From positions 248,001 to 312,000 of the forward strand of contig OZ025726.1 in the NCBI GenBank assembly GCA_964019335.1: a stretch of 64,000 nt of DNA, written 5' to 3'. Position 1 is the first letter of the stretch. Every line of letters begins with the position of its first letter. Made by a program: the position numbers and the translations under genes. Below, piece by piece: positions 59,810-64,000 of this stretch. This stretch comes from Diplonema japonicum. Taxonomy: Eukaryota > Protista > Euglenozoa: Diplonemea. The notes under the pieces are model-generated. The model made no database searches. It saw nothing but the letters and a program-made list of their open reading frames with translations, and was not told the DNA's origin.

Positions 59810-60802
59810 CTATTTTCCAAATTTCTCCTTAGCGCTCATGATAGCAGCTTTTGGATCATTCTTGGCCTCAGCAATTGCGGCGGCGGCGTTTTCACTAACG
59901 GCAGCACCTTTCAGCATGACATCATGCATCAACGCAGCAGGAGGAGCGGAGGGAACAATCGGAAGTGTGTCATAAGGGTAATCAGGCAGAGGAATGGTAG
60001 GATTCACCTCACGCCACGCCCAGTCAAGAAGCCCGAACGCTTTAAGAGCAAGGTTCGATGACGCAGTTCCAACAGAAGGCCTGAAATCGAAAAGACGATG
60101 GAAGTGACCCTGCCTGGTGTAGATCAAAATTCCTTGCGTCACGACCCTGGGAGTTGGAAGAGGCATGCAATGGGGGCTGATATCAACTGTGTCCAGCTTG
60201 ACACCTCTTCTGATACAGACCACGTCCCTGAGGTCAACACGGAAGGTTGGGTCATGACCGGACCCAACTCCTATGAAGATAAAGCTCTTATTAGTGACCG
60301 CCATGTACCCTTCGATGGTCTTGTGCTGTTGCTTATCCTTGTCGACTTGGTTAATTAGCGTACAGTAATAGTCGTGGTACACGAGGCGTTCGTTGTTTTG
60401 CAAGGTGGGGAAGTGTTTTTTGAACCTTTCTTCTGCGTCTTTATCCATCTTCTCCTGGACTTTTTCGTGTGCGGATTGTGTGGCTTCTGTTTTCATTTTG
60501 TCGACTTTGTGCGATACGGAGTCGAGCTTTGCCTGTGCCTTGTCCATGAAGCTTTTCTTCTCTTTTTTCGCGAGTTCTACTTTTTTCTCCTTGTACTCCC
60601 CGCTGCGCTCCTCCAGGCCTTTTTCCCGGGTTTTTTTCTCGAGGCTTCGTCTCTCGGCTGGGGGTGCTACATCTGATTTGTCCTCGGGCATCGGGGCCCG
60701 CATCACCAGAATCGTCTTGTATTTCCCTTGAATGAGAACCTCTGTCGGTGCAATTGTTTCAACAACCGCCGTCATGCTCGCCATGGGGTCATCGAATCCC
60801 AT
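59810..60802 (-). CDS. GRAM (PH-like) domain protein (330 aa)
   Basis: EERFKKHFP...ERLVYHDYYCTL...IEGYMAVTNKSFIFIG...VDLRDVVCI, preceded by a charged coiled coil. Confidence 0.85.
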   Translation of the reverse strand: MGFDDPMASMTAVVETIAPTEVLIQGKYKTILVMRAPMPEDKSDVAPPAERRSLEKKTREKGLEERSGEYKEKKVELAKKEKKSFMDKAQAKLDSVSHKVDKMKTEATQSAHEKVQEKMDKDAEERFKKHFPTLQNNERLVYHDYYCTLINQVDKDKQQHKTIEGYMAVTNKSFIFIGVGSGHDPTFRVDLRDVVCIRRGVKLDTVDISPHCMPLPTPRVVTQGILIYTRQGHFHRLFDFRPSVGTASSNLALKAFGLLDWAWREVNPTIPLPDYPYDTLPIVPSAPPAALMHDVMLKGAAVSENAAAAIAEAKNDPKAAIMSAKEKFGK

Positions 60803-61621
60803 TTTTTTTTTTTTTTTTTTCCCGGGTGTGTTGCTTTTTTTTTTTTTTTTTTTTTTTTTGCAAAAAAATATTGAAAAGAAAAAAATTCAAAAATGCGGGG
60901 GGGGGGGGGGGGGGGGGGGGGAGAAGGGGAAGAATTATTTTCCTTTTTTTTTTCTCATTTTGTTATTTGACACTTAAGGGTTGTGTGAACAGCACTTTTT
61001 TTTTTTTTCCATAATGTGTATTCCCCTCTTTTTTTTTCTTGAAAAAAAAAAGAGAAGCAGAGAAGAAGAGAGAGAAAAAAAAGGAAAAACCTCCCACACA
61101 TAAGAAAGGGAAGAATATTTATATTTCTTTATTATTTTTCTTAGAGGAGCGGAGAGAGGGGGGACGAAGAAAAAAGAAAATGGAACTTTCTGCCAGATGA
61201 GATTCATGCATCTTTTCTGTTCTACTTTGTTTTTTTTTTTTTTTTTTTTTCCCTTTTTTTTTTTCTCAAGCAGGTGTTTTGTGCTTCAAGCTTGGGGATG
61301 ACTTCACTTGGGCTTCGTCTTCGATATCTGCAGGATGGGGGGGTTTTTTTTGTTTTTTTTTTAAAAAAAATCTTAAGTTATAGCCAGAGAAACCTAGTAG
61401 TAAGGGAAGATAACAAGGAAAATGCTTTTTAATTCTTTTTTTTTTTTTTTTTTTTTTGGATTTTGGAGTCGCAAATCAAAATCCGAAAGGAAAATTTTTT
61501 AAGAAAAATGAGAAACAAAAAAAAAGAAAGAGAAAAAGAAAAAAAGGAGGGGGGAGACATTATGTACAAAGAATTTATTTCTTTTTTTTTTTTTTTTTTT
61601 TGTTCTCGTGTCCTTCCCCTC

Positions 61622-62988
61622 TTAATTTGTTACATTTATTTGCGTCATCGACCCAAGCTTGCTGGCCCTCGGTGAGGTGCTACCCATCGAAGGCCTTGAT
61701 GGTGCGACCAAGCTTTCTTCCGTGTCGCCTGGGGGGGTTATTTTGTATTTTTTTGTGAAAAAGGAGGCCCTCAATTCTTCTTTTTTTTCCTATTCCTTTT
61801 TTTTTTTTTTTTTTTAGAAGACAAATCTAATCAAAAAAAGTAAGTAGAGAAAACAAGCCAGAGCAATTATGACACCCTTTCTTTGCAAAACACACAAACC
61901 TTTGTTCTTAGGGGCAACCGTCTTCTGGCTTGCCTGAGCCTTATCGCTGATGTCGGCAAGGACGCCAGCACAAGCAATGGCGACACCAAACCAACCCTGT
62001 TTTTTTTTTTTTTTTTTTTTTTTTTTTTCTTTCTTCCATACGATGGGGCTCAACGAGTTGCCTTTGAACAAAATAGAGTAAATCACGCTGAAAATCTTAC
62101 GTGTAGTGGTGACAGTGGCGTTGACAAGAGGGTCAAAGGTCGAGATGGTGAAGAAGATAAAAGACTGCCCCAAGGCGGAACAGATCGAGAACTGGATTTT
62201 TTTTTTTTTTTTTTTTTTTTTATGTAATTCACTTCCCTCTTTACCTTGATGATCAACCACATGATGCGGGAGTCTTTGTTGCAGAATTCAATGGCGGCAG
62301 AAATCTCGGAGTTCATGAAGGCAGCCACGATGGCAACCAGCAACATGTAGAGGTTGGTCCAAAACATAAAATCGTAAGCCTTAAGCTTAATGTTCTTCTC
62401 GGCCGTCTTTGCCTTCAACCTCTTTTGCACACCACCAGTTAAGCCATCGCACGCCAAGGATCCTGCAAGCATGAACATACCCAAGTACGTGGACTCGGGT
62501 GTGTCCTTCTTGCCACTCCCGAGCGAGACCACAGAAGTTCCAATGACAATTGCTGCAACCTGAGCATAGTCTCGGAGGGTGTATGTGGCTCCCCCTAAGA
62601 GCAGCGAGCCTATCATCACTGGGATCATTTTGGCCGATTTTGCCAGTGTCGCGACGGGGAATGAGACACCGTACTTGAGAGCAGAGTTTGTGCACCATTT
62701 ACTGAGCACTTGGGTGAAACCAGTTACTGAGAAAAGCTCGTGGGGTATGCCCCTTGTGAAGCCTGTGATTGCCAGCATTGTAAAGCTCACTAAAACGTTC
62801 GCAGCGGCCTCTAATATCTGCAAGAACCACACGTAAGTAAACTTCCCCCCGTCGGCATCCTTGAACCTAAACACGTCCTCCTGCAAGCTCCCATAGTACA
62901 TGTAACAAGCATAGATACCCCCCGCTCCCCACAACAGTTGCGGGATCGTCCCTTTCTTCTCCACTCCCTTCTCGGGTTTTTCAGACAT
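61622..62988 (-). CDS. SLC35B1: SLC35B1/HUT1-like (UAA family) transporter (~365 aa). Exons 62988-62245, 62191-62042, 61996-61900 and tentatively 61728-61622
   Basis: GIYACYMYYGSLQE, ALKYGVSFPVATLAKSAKMIPVMI, SLACDGLTGGVQ, ALGQSFIF, TTTRKIFS. Introns 62192-62244 and 61997-62041. The last exon needs a longer GTT...CAG intron (61729-61899) and is tentative; read-through to 61814 is the alternative. Confidence 0.88.
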
Positions 62989-63138
62989 TTTTTTTTTTTT
63001 TTTTTCCCTTCCACCTGGTGATTATTTTTTTTTTTTTTTTTCCCGGGGAGGATGATACGGTCAAGATTTTTTTTTAAAAAATAAATAGAAAGAAAAAAAA
63101 CAGGAAAAGAAAAGAAAAGGGCGAGAAAAAAAATATAT

Positions 63139-64000
63139 GGGTCGATTTCAAAAAACCCCCCCCAAAATGAGGCCAATTGACACTTTCGTTGCATCTTTGG
63201 CATGCCGCCCCCTTTAAAAAAAATTCTCCATATTTCCCGGCCCATATTAGGAAAGAACCCGGGTCAGAAATCGCTCAAGGGTGCTATTTTGACCTATGAA
63301 AAATTCAGTCTTAGGGTCAAAATCGGGTTTTAGTGGTTTTGGTAAAGTCAGAGATTATGCTTTCAATAGCAAGAAATAGCGAAACTCACTGCTAGAAGGT
63401 GGCTGAAATGATGTTGGTGACGTAAGTGGAAACCTTCATTTCCTAGTCTTCTGCGGCTGAGATGTGCTGCTGCTGAGTGGGCGACCTCGTTTCTTTTTCA
63501 TACTATTAGGCCTTCTACCGCATTTTGGGGGGGGTTTTAAGAGGCTCATTCATAGGTGTACTTGTGCTTTGGGCTTGTCATGGGGTGGCGAGTATTTTCG
63601 TAATTTGGTTACCATTCTTTCTCGTTTTTCAAGTCCGGGAAGGCTATCAGGAACGTCCTCACTCATCACAAGATTCATAGACTGGGGGCCTTTTCTCTGC
63701 CCTGTCTGCATCGAGTTCTTTGATGATGTACTTTAGTTCCTTCTAGCTCGTGGACGCACACGTAGCAAAACACCCTCCGGTGTGCTCCTGAGCTCATATG
63801 CACCTGTAAAATCCGGAAACTCAAGAATTTTCTTTTTGTACGGGCCAAAGACATCAGTAACTACATGCACGGCACACTGTATCGTATTGGTGATGTTAGC
63901 TATTTGTTCCACAGTTTTAATTGTGGAACGAGGCACCCAAAACCAAACACGAGAGAGCACACCAAAGTGGCTGTCCCTGTTGTTTTTGCCGTGTTTCTCC
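63139..64000 (-). mobile_element. End of a DNA transposon with a pseudogenised DDD/E-type (Sola-like) transposase; runs off the right edge
   Basis: Frame from the edge reads EKHGKNNRDSHFGVLSR..., continues through in-frame stops at 63733, 63550 and 63436, and includes an AT-hook-like KKKRGRP. Putative terminus GGGTCGATTTC follows ATAT, where the homopolymer-rich flank ends. Confidence 0.55.

Noticed and set aside
13755-62244. Programmed frameshifting, stop-codon readthrough, an alternative genetic code or non-canonical introns as the cause of broken ORFs
   Set aside because: Every break in a cellular gene is resolved in frame by a GT-AG intron.
938-62836. Numerous + strand ORFs overlapping the genes, and poly-F/poly-K ORFs in intergenic DNA
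   Set aside because: They are antisense shadows of real CDSs or translations of A/T tracts, with no motifs.
35631-62988. Glycosphingolipid or ER 'gene cluster' (DES1, glucosidase II, EMC3, egghead-like GT, SLC35B1)
   Set aside because: The genes are interspersed with unrelated ones (SLC6, NSUN2, GRAM), and co-orientation is a window-wide property. Synteny data would be needed.

Overview
Eukaryotic nuclear DNA, most consistent with a euglenozoan such as a diplonemid. This is an inference from three features: a soluble HMG-CoA reductase with a mitochondrial-type presequence, kinetoplastid-style cyclase motifs, and a 64-kb run in which every recognisable cellular gene and the tRNA lie on the minus strand. 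I modelled about 19 protein genes by hand and found 19 short (39-73 nt) GTA...AG introns, nearly all containing A, T or C homopolymer tracts. These introns split several genes across entries of the ORF track. Splicing reveals three large proteins not visible as single ORFs: a ~2557-aa beta-helix-TIR-TIR-SAM protein; a ~2107-aa fusion of Cys-rich repeats, a clan GH-A hydrolase, an acyltransferase-3 and an egghead-like GT2; and a ~2320-aa EGF-repeat multi-TM receptor-like protein with a cytoplasmic EF-hand. An unspliced 3103-aa protein carries about 9-10 degenerate class III cyclase-like repeats. Housekeeping genes include HMGR, an SPX-only protein, EMC3, a cytochrome b5-fused DES1, glucosidase II alpha, SLC6, NSUN2/Trm4, a GRAM protein, SLC35B1 and tRNA-Met. 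Two intergenic insertions (22653-23223 and about 42256-43371) have different sequences but the same architecture: a 5' inverted repeat with an internal partner, a long 3' hairpin with symmetric TC/TC mismatches, an AAATAGT end and poly-T flanks. One of them carries a decayed tyrosine-recombinase-like gene. A Sola-like transposase pseudogene runs off the right edge. Domain calls come from reading motifs by eye, not from database searches, and homopolymer lengths may be unreliable.
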